Shown here in pieces: positions 11,211 to 21,848 of a DNA stretch of 64,000 nt. Source of the stretch: Thermodesulfobacteriota bacterium (lineage in GTDB: Bacteria; Desulfobacterota_D; UBA1144; Nemesobacterales; UBA2774); NCBI GenBank assembly GCA_963422265.1, contig OY729416.1, positions 1,152,001-1,216,000 on the forward strand, read 5' to 3'. Below the pieces are notes generated by a model. That model ran no database searches, had not been told where the DNA came from, and saw nothing but the letters and a program-made list of their open reading frames with translations. The number at the start of each line of letters is the position of its first letter. The stretch's first letter is position 1. Position numbers and translations under genes: made by a program.

Positions 11211-11440
11211 CAGAGTCTCCGCTTGATTTCAATAGATATGGCAACCGTTTGTAGGTCAACGTTGATAGAATAAACAATCATATCTTTTGCGTTTCTCGCA
11301 ATTTAATCTCCAAGTTAAAGTTTGGCGCTTCTGCATAAGGCTGACAAGATAAGCGTTAATCGCTGGCCACAATTACACCCTACCCTCTTAAAAAACGGAG
11401 ATAACCCGTTATATTTTAATTTTTCAAGAGATAACCCAAT

Positions 11441-12160
11441 ATGAGCGACAAAGAAAGTCCCCTATTGAATCTAAGTGAAAGGGGACGAAAGAAGAACGGA
11501 GAGACTATATTTTCTGGCAAGCGCCTATTTATGCAGCTCTTGGCTTTTGGGAATTGCTATGATGCTAGGGCGTTGGTAGAAGCGATAGAAAGGTCTGGTA
11601 TTGACGGCGTAATATACGCGGATATTAATGACCCCAGTGGTATAGGGCTTCTTTCGCTAAGTGCACATCCGGATTTCTTTATAGATGAGCTGAGGAAATT
11701 TACAAATGAGAGTCCATTCGCAAAGCTCGATTTCAAGCCCAAATTCACAATGCTTGGACGAACCTACTCACTCGGTTATGAAGACGACCTAGAGAAGATC
11801 CTGCGCACCGAGCCAAGAAGAAGAGTCCTTGACCCAGAGTTAGCTTGGGCTATCTGGTATCCGCTTAGGAGAAACAAGGCTTTTGAAGCACTGTCAGAGA
11901 ATGAGCAGCGCGCTGTATTGGGCGAGCACGGCAAGCTCGGCTTTAAGTTCGGTCACGCGGGTTACGCTAAGGACATAAGGCTCGCCTGTCACGGGCTCGA
12001 CAAACATGATAACGATTTTGTAATAGGGGTATTAGGAAAGGAACTATTTCCACTCTCTTCACTTATACAAGCGATGCGTAAGACAAAACAAACGTCGCGT
12101 TACATTGAAAGCATGGGTCCATTCTTCGTAGGCAAGGTGATTTGGCAGAGTGGAGTATAG
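11441..12160 (+). CDS. Chlorite dismutase / coproheme decarboxylase (ChdC/HemQ) superfamily heme protein
   Basis: WYPLRR, EHG (proximal His), DIRLACHGLDKHDNDFVIG, MRKT..TS.Y....GPFFVG. Confidence 0.8.
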   Translation: MSDKESPLLNLSERGRKKNGETIFSGKRLFMQLLAFGNCYDARALVEAIERSGIDGVIYADINDPSGIGLLSLSAHPDFFIDELRKFTNESPFAKLDFKPKFTMLGRTYSLGYEDDLEKILRTEPRRRVLDPELAWAIWYPLRRNKAFEALSENEQRAVLGEHGKLGFKFGHAGYAKDIRLACHGLDKHDNDFVIGVLGKELFPLSSLIQAMRKTKQTSRYIESMGPFFVGKVIWQSGV

Positions 12161-12259
12161 TTGAGGCATAAAGCATAGGGCGAGTTGCGACAAGTCTAAG
12201 CCTTGCTACTTTTAATATTGGCAATTATTTCTCAGACTTCGATTTAAATCAATTTTTTC

Positions 12260-12538
12260 CTAGTTGTTAAAGTAATTATCAATAATTGCCTGCTCGTCTA
12301 TGCGCATCACTATGAACGAGGTCACATTTTCAAGCCAAGCTCTTACTTCCTCTTTTGTATTGCAAACTACTAGAGAACTAAACTTTTCTCCGCAAAGCTC
12401 TTCCAAACTTTTTTCATCCGCATCTTCCAGATCAAGATAATTCATAACATCCCCTAGAAAGCAGGAAGAAAAAGTCCCAGGCTTTTCTTCGCAAATTTCT
12501 TTCATCCATCTTATTATTTGATCAAAACTTGTTTTCAT
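12260..12538 (-). CDS. Hypothetical protein
   Basis: 92-aa acidic ORF with ATG start, co-oriented after hslU; no family recognised. Confidence 0.55.
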   Translation of the reverse strand: MKTSFDQIIRWMKEICEEKPGTFSSCFLGDVMNYLDLEDADEKSLEELCGEKFSSLVVCNTKEEVRAWLENVTSFIVMRIDEQAIIDNYFNN

Positions 12539-12571
12539 AGCTTAAAACCAAACAAGGATGCCATACGCATC

Positions 12572-13915
12572 CTAAATTATATACCTGCTCAAATCCCTGT
12601 CCTTTACGATGTCGGCAATTTTGTCCTTTACGTAAGTAGCGTCTATTACTATTTTGTCTTCGGTCATATCAGGGGCGTTAAAGGAAATGTCCTCAAGCAT
12701 CTTCTCCATAATCGTATGCAGTCTTCTAGCCCCGATGTTCTCCGTTGATTCATTCACGCTTTGGGCAGTCTCGGCAATTTCCTTAATCGCATCCGTGGTA
12801 AAGATGATTTCTATATCCTCCGTGCGCATCAATTCAGCGTATTGCTTAAGCAGTGCATTCTTGGGCTGAGTCAATATATCCACGAAATCATCAATCGTTA
12901 AAAGCTCAAGCTCTACCCTAATGGGAAACCTTCCTTGAAGCTCCGGTATAAGGTCAGAGGGTTTTGAAACATGAAAAGCTCCCGCCCCTACAAAAAGTAT
13001 ATGGTCGGTCTTTACCATACCGTGCTTCGTATTAACTGAGCACCCTTCAATGATTGGTAGCAGGTCCCTTTGGACTCCCTCTCTCGACACGTCTGGTCCC
13101 ACGGCGCTTTCACGCCCCGCCACTTTGTCTATCTCATCTATGAATATGATCCCTGATTCCTCTACTCTCGTGATCGCCAACTTCACTACGTTATCCAAAT
13201 CTATAAGCTTTTGTGCCTCCTCCTCTACTAGAACCCCTATTGCGTCAGGAACTTTGACTTTTCTTTTTTTTGTTTTCTTAGGAAACAGGTTGCCGAGCAT
13301 ATCTGATATATTCACGTCCATTTCCTCAGTTCCAGCATTAGAAAAGACCTGTATTGGAAAATTCTTAGACGTAACCTCTATATCTACAAGTCTTTCATCA
13401 AGCTTGCCTTCCCTCAAAAGTTTTCTCAGCTTCTGTCTAGTTTCGCTGCTGGCACCTTGCTCCGAATCTCCATCTTCGCCGGAAGTCGGTAATAAAAGGT
13501 CTAGCATTCTTTCCTCGGCAAGATCCTCCGCCTTAGCCCTTACCGATTCCTTCTCTTCATCGGTTACTATCTTAATGGCTATATCAGTCAGGTCTCTTAT
13601 CATAGATTCTACGTCCCTCCCGACGTAACCAACCTCGGTAAACTTAGAAGCCTCAACTTTCAGAAAGGGAGCCTGAGCCAGCTTTGCGAGCCTTCTTGCT
13701 ATCTCAGTCTTGCCAACCCCAGTAGGACCGATCATAAGTATATTCTTAGGGGCTATCTCATCTTTTAGCTCAGGGGATACTTGCCTTCGCCTCCATCGGT
13801 TTCTAAGGGCAATTGCCACCGCCCTTTTAGCCTTTTTTTGACCTATGATGTATCTATCTAGTTCTGAAACTATCTCTCTTGGCGTAAAAAAGGCTCTATC
13901 ACTCATTAGATTCAA
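12572..13915 (-). CDS. hslU: ATP-dependent protease ATPase subunit HslU
   Basis: [44 protein letters not shown]. Confidence 0.99.
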   Translation of the reverse strand: MNLMSDRAFFTPREIVSELDRYIIGQKKAKRAVAIALRNRWRRRQVSPELKDEIAPKNILMIGPTGVGKTEIARRLAKLAQAPFLKVEASKFTEVGYVGRDVESMIRDLTDIAIKIVTDEEKESVRAKAEDLAEERMLDLLLPTSGEDGDSEQGASSETRQKLRKLLREGKLDERLVDIEVTSKNFPIQVFSNAGTEEMDVNISDMLGNLFPKKTKKRKVKVPDAIGVLVEEEAQKLIDLDNVVKLAITRVEESGIIFIDEIDKVAGRESAVGPDVSREGVQRDLLPIIEGCSVNTKHGMVKTDHILFVGAGAFHVSKPSDLIPELQGRFPIRVELELLTIDDFVDILTQPKNALLKQYAELMRTEDIEIIFTTDAIKEIAETAQSVNESTENIGARRLHTIMEKMLEDISFNAPDMTEDKIVIDATYVKDKIADIVKDRDLSRYII

Positions 13916-14444
13916 GCACCTCGACAGTTATATTCTCATTGGTATATATACATATTTCAGAAGCCGTTTTTAGGGACTCATGGGCGATTGCTTCAGCATC
14001 TAGCGGTGAATGCTTTGAGAGAGCTTTCGCCGCCGCCTGCGCATACGAACCCCCCGAGCCAATGGCAATGATGCTATCATCGGGCTCAAGCACGTCGCCG
14101 CTTCCTGAGATAAGAAACATGCTCTTGTTATCCGCAACCGCAAGCAGCGCCTCTAATCTCCTGAGCACCCTGTCAGTTCGCCAATCCTTGGCGAGCTCAA
14201 CCGCAGCCCTCTTTAGATTCCCTCTATATTCCTCTAGCTTCGCCTCAAAATTGTCAAACAGCGTCATAGCATCCGCTGTAGCCCCTGAAAACCCAACTAA
14301 TACCTTATTATCAAAGATTCTTCTAACCTTGGTCGCTGAATGTTTGATAGCGGCGTGCCCCAGGGTAACCTGACCATCCCCAGCCATTGCCACTTTGCCT
14401 TCTTTTCTGACGCAGGCTATCGTCGTTCCGTGAAAGTTTGCCAT
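13899..14444 (-). CDS. hslV: ATP-dependent protease subunit HslV
   Basis: Short propeptide then [39 protein letters not shown]. Confidence 0.98.
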   Translation of the reverse strand: MANFHGTTIACVRKEGKVAMAGDGQVTLGHAAIKHSATKVRRIFDNKVLVGFSGATADAMTLFDNFEAKLEEYRGNLKRAAVELAKDWRTDRVLRRLEALLAVADNKSMFLISGSGDVLEPDDSIIAIGSGGSYAQAAAKALSKHSPLDAEAIAHESLKTASEICIYTNENITVEVLESNE

Positions 14445-15365
14445 TTATGCCCTCGGGTGCGTCCTATCGTAAACCTCCATTAGTCTTTCAACAGAAGTAT
14501 GCGTATATCTCTGGGTAGCAGAAAGGCTCGTATGCCCTAGCATTTCCTGAATAGAGCGAAGGTCGGCTCCCCCACTGAGCAGATGAGTAGCAAACGTATG
14601 CCTTAATACGTGAGGACTCACATTTTTAGGTATGCCGGAGATAGCCGCGTATTTCCTTACTATATTATCCACGCTCCGCGCCGTAAGCCTACCCCCCCTT
14701 GAATTAACAAATACGCAGTCCGCCTTAGGTTTAAGCTCAATCCTTTTTCGCAAGTAGTTCCCTATTTTAGCCACCGCCTTTGAGCCTATCGGCACCTTCC
14801 TCTCTTTGTCTCCCTTTCCAAGCACCCTTACCGTTGACCCATTCAAATCTAAATCGTCCAGATCTACGCCTACAAGCTCGCTTACCCTGATACCGCTGGA
14901 GTAGAGGAGTTCAAGCACAGCGCCGTCTCTTACCTCAAGCGGCTTTTCCGAACCAGGCGTTTCTACCAGCTTTATGACCTCGTCCACCGTCAAAAAAGTC
15001 GGGAGCCTTTTCTCTACTCGAGGCATAGGAACTAGCTTAGCTATATTATTCTTTGCGTAACCACTTTTTATAAGAAAATTGAAAAATGCCCTTACCGAGG
15101 CGATCTTTCTTGAAATTGAGTTCTTGGAATTTCTTTTGTAAAGCCAACCTATATAAAATCGGACGGCATTTTTATCCAAATAGGACGCTTCATCAACTTT
15201 GCCAACCCTGAGCGGTATATTCTCACCCTGCGTCGCTAGCACATTATTTTTCTTCAAAGTTCGACAAAATTCTTCCACATCGGCAACGTAGGCTCTCAGC
15301 GTGTGCTTTGAGTAGTTTCTTTCAGAGCTAAGATAATTCTTAAAGCTTTGGATATGTTCACGCAT
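14445..15365 (-). CDS. xerC: Tyrosine recombinase XerC
   Basis: LYSSGIRVSEL, GKGDKER, HVLRHTFATHLL, LGH, TQRYTH; xerC-hslV-hslU synteny. Confidence 0.9.
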   Translation of the reverse strand: MREHIQSFKNYLSSERNYSKHTLRAYVADVEEFCRTLKKNNVLATQGENIPLRVGKVDEASYLDKNAVRFYIGWLYKRNSKNSISRKIASVRAFFNFLIKSGYAKNNIAKLVPMPRVEKRLPTFLTVDEVIKLVETPGSEKPLEVRDGAVLELLYSSGIRVSELVGVDLDDLDLNGSTVRVLGKGDKERKVPIGSKAVAKIGNYLRKRIELKPKADCVFVNSRGGRLTARSVDNIVRKYAAISGIPKNVSPHVLRHTFATHLLSGGADLRSIQEMLGHTSLSATQRYTHTSVERLMEVYDRTHPRA

Positions 15366-15486
15366 GACCTATTATTATAAGCATGCCATTCTAACTTTCA
15401 ATAACGATACAGTTTTTAAGAACCAACAGCTAGACACCGAAAATTGTCTTGGTTTACATACAGGGCTTATGCCTTTATAATCTCCC

Positions 15487-16107
15487 TTGTTCATGATAAG
15501 GGTAAAAATATGCGGAATTACAAATATAAACGACGCTTCCACCGCTGTAGAGTCAGGGGCGGATGCACTTGGGTTCGTGTTCTATAAGGATAGCAAAAGA
15601 TATATCGAGCCCGCAAGGGCATATGAAATCATCTCACTCCTACCCCCTTTCATAACAACGGTAGGAGTTTTCGTGAATCCCAGCATACAGGAAATTAAGG
15701 ACGCCGTGGACGCTTCAGACGTTGACGCCGTTCAATTACACGGTGATGAAACGCCAGAGTTTTGCGGCACTTTACCCTATAAGACTATAAAAGCCATAAG
15801 GGTAAGAAGCGTAATCCTTCACGATAACATTGAACTTTATCCCGTTCAAGCTATTCTCTTTGACAGCTATTCAGACGTAGAATACGGCGGAACTGGAAGA
15901 GGCTTCTCTAAAAATCTTTTAAGGGGAGTCAGTTTTTCCAAACAGATCATCCTTTCCGGGGGACTTAACCCCGATAACGTAGAGGAGGCGATCTCCACCG
16001 TCCAACCTTATGCCGTTGACGTCAGTACTGGAGTTGAGGATAGCCCCGGAAAGAAGAACGCGTCTAAGGTAAGACAATTTATAGAGGTGGTGAAGAATGC
16101 AGGCTAG
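15487..16107 (+). CDS. trpF: Phosphoribosylanthranilate isomerase
   Basis: [36 protein letters not shown]. Confidence 0.97.
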   Translation: MFMIRVKICGITNINDASTAVESGADALGFVFYKDSKRYIEPARAYEIISLLPPFITTVGVFVNPSIQEIKDAVDASDVDAVQLHGDETPEFCGTLPYKTIKAIRVRSVILHDNIELYPVQAILFDSYSDVEYGGTGRGFSKNLLRGVSFSKQIILSGGLNPDNVEEAISTVQPYAVDVSTGVEDSPGKKNASKVRQFIEVVKNAG

Positions 16108-17305
16108 ATCAGTTATGCCTGACGATCTTGGGCATTTTGGCGCATACGGAGGCAGATATGTTTCGGAAACCCTTATGCCGGCTATTTCACAACTGGAAAA
16201 GGCATACCTTGAAATTAAGGATGATCCGGAGTTTCAAAAAGAGGTGGCGTATTATCTTTCAGAATACGTTGGGCGTCCGACGCCGCTTTACTTCGCCGAG
16301 AGGATGACCAAGGAGCTAGGAGGAGCAAAAATCTACCTTAAGCGCGAGGATCTCGCTCATACGGGGGCGCACAAAATTAACAATACTATAGGTCAGGCTC
16401 TCTTGGCGTCCCGAATGAATAAGAAAAGAATCATAGCCGAGACAGGGGCGGGACAGCACGGCGTAGCCACAGCTACGGTGGCAGCCCTGCTCAACGTTGA
16501 GTGCGAGATATTTATGGGGCTTGAAGACACGAGGAGACAAGCTCTCAACGTAATAAGAATGAAGCTCTTGGGCGCAGAAGTAAGGGAGGTAACCCAGGGC
16601 ACTCAGACGCTCAAGGATGCGATGAATGAAGCGATGAGGGACTGGATCACCAACGTCAGGGATACGTTTTACATTATCGGGAGCGTGGCGGGACCTCACC
16701 CCTACCCTATGATAGTAAGGGATTTTCAATCGATTATAGGAAGAGAGACTAAAAAACAGATCCTCGGAAAAGAGGGACGCTTACCGGATCTGCTCGTAGC
16801 GTGCGTAGGGGGAGGCTCTAATGCAATGGGTCTTTTCTATCCTTTTATTAACGACAAAGCCATTGGGATGACAGGCGTAGAAGCAGCAGGCGCTGGGATA
16901 CATAAGGGAAATCACGCTGCCAGCATATCGGATGGCACGGTTGGTGTTCTTCACGGAAGCAAAACTTACCTTCTTCAAGACAAAAACGGGCAGGTAAAGG
17001 GCACCCATTCAATAGCGCCAGGACTCGACTATCCGGGCGTAGGCCCCGAGCACTCCTACCTAAGTGACATAAAGCGAGTTACATATACTAACGTAACCGA
17101 CGAGGAAGCCCTTAAGGGATTTAAGTTCATATCTGAAACCGAGGGAATAATCCCTGCTCTCGAGTCCGCCCATGCAATAGCATATTCAACCAAAGTAGCG
17201 CCGCAAATGCCTAAGGACTCAGTGATTGTAATCTGTCTTTCAGGTAGAGGGGACAAGGATATTAATGCGGTAGCTGAATACTTAAAGAGCGGTTTTGGGC
17301 AGTAA
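16097..17305 (+). CDS. trpB: Tryptophan synthase beta chain
   Basis: [50 protein letters not shown]. Confidence 0.99.
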   Translation: MQARSVMPDDLGHFGAYGGRYVSETLMPAISQLEKAYLEIKDDPEFQKEVAYYLSEYVGRPTPLYFAERMTKELGGAKIYLKREDLAHTGAHKINNTIGQALLASRMNKKRIIAETGAGQHGVATATVAALLNVECEIFMGLEDTRRQALNVIRMKLLGAEVREVTQGTQTLKDAMNEAMRDWITNVRDTFYIIGSVAGPHPYPMIVRDFQSIIGRETKKQILGKEGRLPDLLVACVGGGSNAMGLFYPFINDKAIGMTGVEAAGAGIHKGNHAASISDGTVGVLHGSKTYLLQDKNGQVKGTHSIAPGLDYPGVGPEHSYLSDIKRVTYTNVTDEEALKGFKFISETEGIIPALESAHAIAYSTKVAPQMPKDSVIVICLSGRGDKDINAVAEYLKSGFGQ

Positions 17306-17404
17306 GGGCGCCCATCTTGACTTTAACCTTTGAGGTGTTAGAGTTACCTTAATAATGCTATTTTAGGTTGGCACTTTCTAGTAAAGTACGGGTGACATCT
17401 CCAT

Positions 17405-17436
17405 AGAATCGGCAAACGTCAGAATCGGCAAACGTC
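17405..17436. repeat. 16-bp perfect tandem duplication (AGAATCGGCAAACGTC x2)
   Basis: Read directly in the trpB-trpA spacer. Confidence 0.9.
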
Positions 17437-17532
17437 AACATAGACCAGTTTAATAGACCTAACGTCTTGACGTGCTCATAACAAACTAGCTTTTCCACCA
17501 TTTTCAAATTACAAACATGACAAATTACATAC

Positions 17533-18351
17533 ATGGATAGAATAGCAAACAAGTTTCACGAGCTTCAACGAAGGGGGAGAATCGCCTTAGTTACCTATAT
17601 AACCGCGGGCGATCCCTCACTTGATCTTACACCACGGCTAGTACACACGCTAGAGCAAAGCGGAGCCGATATTGTTGAGCTTGGCGTTCCTTTCTCTGAC
17701 CCTATGGCTGATGGACCTGCAATCCAACTAGCTTCGGAGCGCGCCATTGAAAACGGCGCTACGCTTAAAGGCGTTCTTGATAAGGTAAAACTCATAAGAA
17801 AAGATTCTGAGGTGCCTATTATCATATTCGGATACTACAATCCGTTTTTTAGCTATGGGCTTAGACAATTCTCAGAGGATGCCGCAGAGGCTGGGGTAGA
17901 TGGAGTTCTGGTAGTGGATCTCCCCCCTGAAGAAGTTGCGGAATTCAAAGTTCACACGGATAGAGTGGGTCTTGACTTCGTATTCCTTCTTGCCCCTACA
18001 AGCACAGGTGAAAGAATTGACCTCGTGGCAGACCGTGCGAGCGGGTTTATATACCTCGTTTCCGTTACGGGAGTAACAGGTGAGAGACCCAATATGGATT
18101 ACGCCCTTGATTCGCTTACTACCCGGATAAGACAGTCTACTAGTCTTCCCATTGGAGTAGGTTTTGGTATCTCCTCGCCAGATCAAGTTGGTAAAATCGC
18201 CGAGTTTGCCGATGCTGTCGTAATTGGTAGCGCCATCGTCCGAATCATTGAGAAATATGGAAGTAAAAGAGAAAAGCTCCTAAATGAACTCTCGGAATTT
18301 GTAAGCACGTTAAGCGAGGCGTGTGAAAAACCACGATCAGTGCTAAGATAA
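17533..18351 (+). CDS. trpA: Tryptophan synthase alpha chain
   Basis: YITAGDP, ELGVPFSDPMADGPAIQ, VDLPPEE, VTGVTG, VGFGIS. Confidence 0.99.
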   Translation: MDRIANKFHELQRRGRIALVTYITAGDPSLDLTPRLVHTLEQSGADIVELGVPFSDPMADGPAIQLASERAIENGATLKGVLDKVKLIRKDSEVPIIIFGYYNPFFSYGLRQFSEDAAEAGVDGVLVVDLPPEEVAEFKVHTDRVGLDFVFLLAPTSTGERIDLVADRASGFIYLVSVTGVTGERPNMDYALDSLTTRIRQSTSLPIGVGFGISSPDQVGKIAEFADAVVIGSAIVRIIEKYGSKREKLLNELSEFVSTLSEACEKPRSVLR

Positions 18352-18374
18352 AGGCTTTTTAAGGTATAAAATGG

Positions 18375-19700
18375 ATGAAAGACAGTAGTAGATACCTGTT
18401 TATAGGTGAGTTCGACTCGCTCCTTTTAGGGCTTTTTTCAAAACGTGGAGAGGTCGTATGGGTAAGCTCTCTCAGCGAAGCCCTCAACCAGACTGGAAAT
18501 TTCTCGACAATTGTAATTGACAGCGATACTTTTTCTCCAGACGTCTCGCAGGAATTGTTAGCCCGTTACCCTCAAACGCCCATAATCGTAAGCAACGGCG
18601 AGGAGCGTAGAGAACCCCCTTCTTTTGTCAGGTTCGTCGCTTTTGACTCTATACTGTCAGACCAGATTGGGAAAGAGGAAACCCTTGCGAGAACAGAGCT
18701 TAGAGTAGAGGAACTAAGGAGCATTCACGCAGGTGCAAAGAAGCTATTGATACTGCTGCACGACCATCCTGATCCAGATTCCATAGCAAGCGCCCTTGCG
18801 CTAAGGACTTTGTTAAAGAGAAATAAGCAAACGGCGATTATAGGACATCTGGGCGACAAGATTTCTCGTCCCGAGAACGTTGCTATGATAGAGCTTTTAG
18901 AAATAGAACTCTACGAGCTAACGCTAGATAAGCTGAAGGATTTTGATTCCATAGCACTAGTTGACGTGCAACCCCCTTTTTTCAGAGAGAGCCTTCCCCC
19001 TGTGGATACTGTGATAGACCATCACCCAATGGCTGGTTCGTATGAGGCTAAATTTAAGGAAATACAAGCTCAAGAAGGTGCTACTTCTACTATACTGACA
19101 AAGCTGCTTAGGTCCTCCCAAGTGGACATATCCGAGAGACTAGCCACGGCGCTTTTATACGGCATAAAAACCGATACCATCACTTTGAACCGCGATGCTA
19201 ACCCAGACGACCTGGAGGCTTTTATGTTTTTGTATCCACACGCGAACCTTGCTCTCCTAAGAAGAATTGAGAGAGCCGAAACTCCTCCGTCTGAGATAAA
19301 GTCTCTCGGTCGAGCTCTTGCTAATCACTGGGTCAGGGAAGGCATTTTCTTTATCAACGTAGGTAGGGTTAGCAGGGAATATCTAATTCCAAAGACTGCC
19401 GATTTCGGAGTGAAGGTAAAGGGTATAGAGTGGTGCGTAGCATTCGGCATATTGGACAACTCCCACCTGATAATATCGGTAAGAAACGTGGGCTACGTAA
19501 AAAGTGCAGGTCGTTTGGTAAGGGACATATTTAAGAATATCGGAAGCGCGGGCGGGCACCGCTCCGCGGCTAAGGTCGTTATATCTCTAAGCAAAGTGAG
19601 AAACATTATAGGTAAAAGCTCCCAATATCAAATCTCAAAATGGCTCACGCAGCAATTTGCCAACGCTATTGACAAAGGAGTAGAAGAGGAAAGGAACTAA
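18375..19700 (+). CDS. DHH-family phosphoesterase with extra N-terminal domain
   Basis: HDHPDPDSIASA, LVD, IDHHP, GATSTI, YGIKTDT, SAGGH motifs. Confidence 0.88.
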   Translation: MKDSSRYLFIGEFDSLLLGLFSKRGEVVWVSSLSEALNQTGNFSTIVIDSDTFSPDVSQELLARYPQTPIIVSNGEERREPPSFVRFVAFDSILSDQIGKEETLARTELRVEELRSIHAGAKKLLILLHDHPDPDSIASALALRTLLKRNKQTAIIGHLGDKISRPENVAMIELLEIELYELTLDKLKDFDSIALVDVQPPFFRESLPPVDTVIDHHPMAGSYEAKFKEIQAQEGATSTILTKLLRSSQVDISERLATALLYGIKTDTITLNRDANPDDLEAFMFLYPHANLALLRRIERAETPPSEIKSLGRALANHWVREGIFFINVGRVSREYLIPKTADFGVKVKGIEWCVAFGILDNSHLIISVRNVGYVKSAGRLVRDIFKNIGSAGGHRSAAKVVISLSKVRNIIGKSSQYQISKWLTQQFANAIDKGVEEERN

Positions 19701-19760
19701 TGGCCGCTCCTGAATCAAGTAGAGGACAAGCGGGGGCGTGCCTTACGTAGTCATGCAGAA

Positions 19761-20690
19761 ATGAGAATAGTATTTATGGGAACGCCTGAATTTGCGGCGC
19801 CATCCCTTAAAGCCCTGATCAACTCTGAGAATGAAGTAGTTGCGGTGGTAGCCCAACCCGACAAACCAAAAGGCAGAGGGCGTAAACTCTCATCACCCCC
19901 CACAAAGCTGATCGCTCTTCAACATGGCATCCCAACGCTACAACCTGAAAAAATAAGAACAAAAGGGTTTTTACGTCAGATGAATGAGCTGGACCCTGAC
20001 GTGGTCTGCGTAGTAGCTTATGGTAAAATACTTCCCAAGAGTATATTGAGCCTTCCGCGTTACGGATGTATCAACGTGCACGCGTCTTTACTCCCCAAGT
20101 ATAGGGGCGCAGCACCGATTAACTGGGCTATTGTCAGGGGAGAGACGATTACAGGTATAACAAGCATGCAGATGGACGAAGGCATGGATACAGGGGATAT
20201 GCTTCTCGCAAAAGAGGTTGAAATTAAGTATGATGACACTGGTGAAAGCCTGTCCTACAAACTTTCAACTCTTGGCGCGGAGCTTCTGATAGAAACCCTT
20301 AATCTACTAAAACAGGGGGAGTTGACTCCCAACAAGCAGGATGAATCCCAAGCTACTTATGCCCCTATGATAAAGAAAGGGGATGGCGAAATAGACTGGT
20401 GTTTGCCCGCCCATGAGATAAGGAATTTAATAAGGGGTATGCTGCCGTGGCCCGGGGCTTATACCTTCATTAACGGCGGCATGCTCAAAATCTATAATGC
20501 CGAGATAGCTGAGGTGTCCGGTAAAGCTGGCGAGGTAATAAAGTCTGAATCCGGAATCCTTACGGTCTCCACAGGCAAAGGCTCGTTGAACATCCTTGAG
20601 CTTCAGATAGAAGGAGGGAAAAGACTGGACGTAAAAGCGTTTCTATCCGGAAGAAAAATTGATAAGGGTGCTATTCTAGGAACGGCATAG
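19761..20690 (+). CDS. fmt: Methionyl-tRNA formyltransferase
   Basis: MRIVFMGTPEFA, QPDKPKGRG, INVHASLLPKYRGAAPI, GMDTGD. Confidence 0.99.
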   Translation: MRIVFMGTPEFAAPSLKALINSENEVVAVVAQPDKPKGRGRKLSSPPTKLIALQHGIPTLQPEKIRTKGFLRQMNELDPDVVCVVAYGKILPKSILSLPRYGCINVHASLLPKYRGAAPINWAIVRGETITGITSMQMDEGMDTGDMLLAKEVEIKYDDTGESLSYKLSTLGAELLIETLNLLKQGELTPNKQDESQATYAPMIKKGDGEIDWCLPAHEIRNLIRGMLPWPGAYTFINGGMLKIYNAEIAEVSGKAGEVIKSESGILTVSTGKGSLNILELQIEGGKRLDVKAFLSGRKIDKGAILGTA

Positions 20691-20741
20691 ACTATAAAGA
20701 TATTTGACAAACATTACTTAAGTTGATCGCCAACCGCACTT

Positions 20742-20769
20742 TTGTCAAAGAGAAAGTCTGTGATAGTAT
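20742..20769 (+). promoter_or_regulatory. Possible sigma70-type promoter for rsmD-coaD
   Basis: TTGTCA-N16-TAGTAT with TG immediately 5' of the -10 box (extended -10); motif match only. Confidence 0.3.
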
Positions 20770-20778
20770 ATTCATCTT

Positions 20779-21330
20779 ATGTTGCAGATACTTACAGGTG
20801 CCGTAAGGGGCAAAAAGCTAAGGGTGCCAAAGGGAAGCAAGGTTCGTCCCACAACCAGCAGGGTAAAAAAATCTATATTTGATACGCTCGGTGATATAAG
20901 CGGATTAAAGGTATTGGATATATTTGCTGGATCAGGGGGTCTCGGAATAGAGTCGTTAAGCCGAAGTGCCCGTCACGTCACTTTCGTCGAGAGGGATCCC
21001 CACGTCTTCAAGGTACTTTCCGAGAATGTGCATAGATGTGGGTTCAAGGAGCAGGTGACGCTTTATTGCTCAGACTATCGGCGGGCGTGCGAAAAGCTGA
21101 GAAAGGGAGGGAAAACTTATGAGCTAATCTTTATAGACCCTCCATATCCATTGTATAATAAGAAGAAAGTTATAGACGTTGTAAGCGAAGCTAAAGGACT
21201 GTTAGAAGAAGGTGGACTTATAGTTATAGAGCACGATCATAAGATAGACGATGCGGTAGAGGGGTGTGAAAGGATTACGAAGCCCTTTGGAGGAACACAC
21301 GTTAGTTATTTTAGGAAGCAAAGGACATGA
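20779..21330 (+). CDS. rsmD: 16S rRNA m2G966 methyltransferase RsmD
   Basis: VRPTTSRVK, LDIFAGSGGLGIESLSR, FIDPPY; upstream of coaD. Confidence 0.95.
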   Translation: MLQILTGAVRGKKLRVPKGSKVRPTTSRVKKSIFDTLGDISGLKVLDIFAGSGGLGIESLSRSARHVTFVERDPHVFKVLSENVHRCGFKEQVTLYCSDYRRACEKLRKGGKTYELIFIDPPYPLYNKKKVIDVVSEAKGLLEEGGLIVIEHDHKIDDAVEGCERITKPFGGTHVSYFRKQRT

Positions 21331-21809
21331 ACAGAATAGCCATATACCCCGGGTCTTTTGATCCCTTTACGAGGGGGCATCTAAATGTGATCGGGCGCGG
21401 CGTAAAGGTTTTCGATCAGGTAATCGTAGCAGTCGCTAACAATGCATCAAAAAAAAACATATTTACCCTTGAGGAGAGGGTTGATATACTAAATGAGTTA
21501 TTCACGGGGAGAGAGGACGTAAAGGTAGATTACTTTGAGGGGCTCCTAGTAGATTACGTGAAAAGAATGGGGACGAATGTGGTTCTGAGGGGTATGAGAA
21601 CCGTTTCGGATTTTGAATATGAGCTGCAAATGGCACTTGCCAATAAAACGCTCAACTCCGAGCTCGAAACGGTATTTATGGTTACCGATAGTGAGTTCTC
21701 GCACATAAGCTCGTCGGTGATAAGAGAAGTGGTTTCCCTTAATGGCTCGGCTAAGCACATGGTGCCTGACATAGTAGAAGAGAGGCTAAGAAGAACGCTT
21801 TTAAGATAG
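21327..21809 (+). CDS. coaD: Phosphopantetheine adenylyltransferase
   Basis: YPGSFDPFTRGH, RGMRTVSDFEYE, ISSS. Confidence 0.98.
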   Translation: MNRIAIYPGSFDPFTRGHLNVIGRGVKVFDQVIVAVANNASKKNIFTLEERVDILNELFTGREDVKVDYFEGLLVDYVKRMGTNVVLRGMRTVSDFEYELQMALANKTLNSELETVFMVTDSEFSHISSSVIREVVSLNGSAKHMVPDIVEERLRRTLLR

Positions 21810-21848
21810 ATAGAGTACTGAGCAGCTTATGGAAGGGAGAAAGTAACC

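Noticed and set aside
14445-15365. Tyrosine recombinase as the integrase of a mobile element
   Set aside because: Size, motifs and xerC-hslV-hslU synteny indicate the housekeeping XerC; it is 9 kb from the phage remnant.
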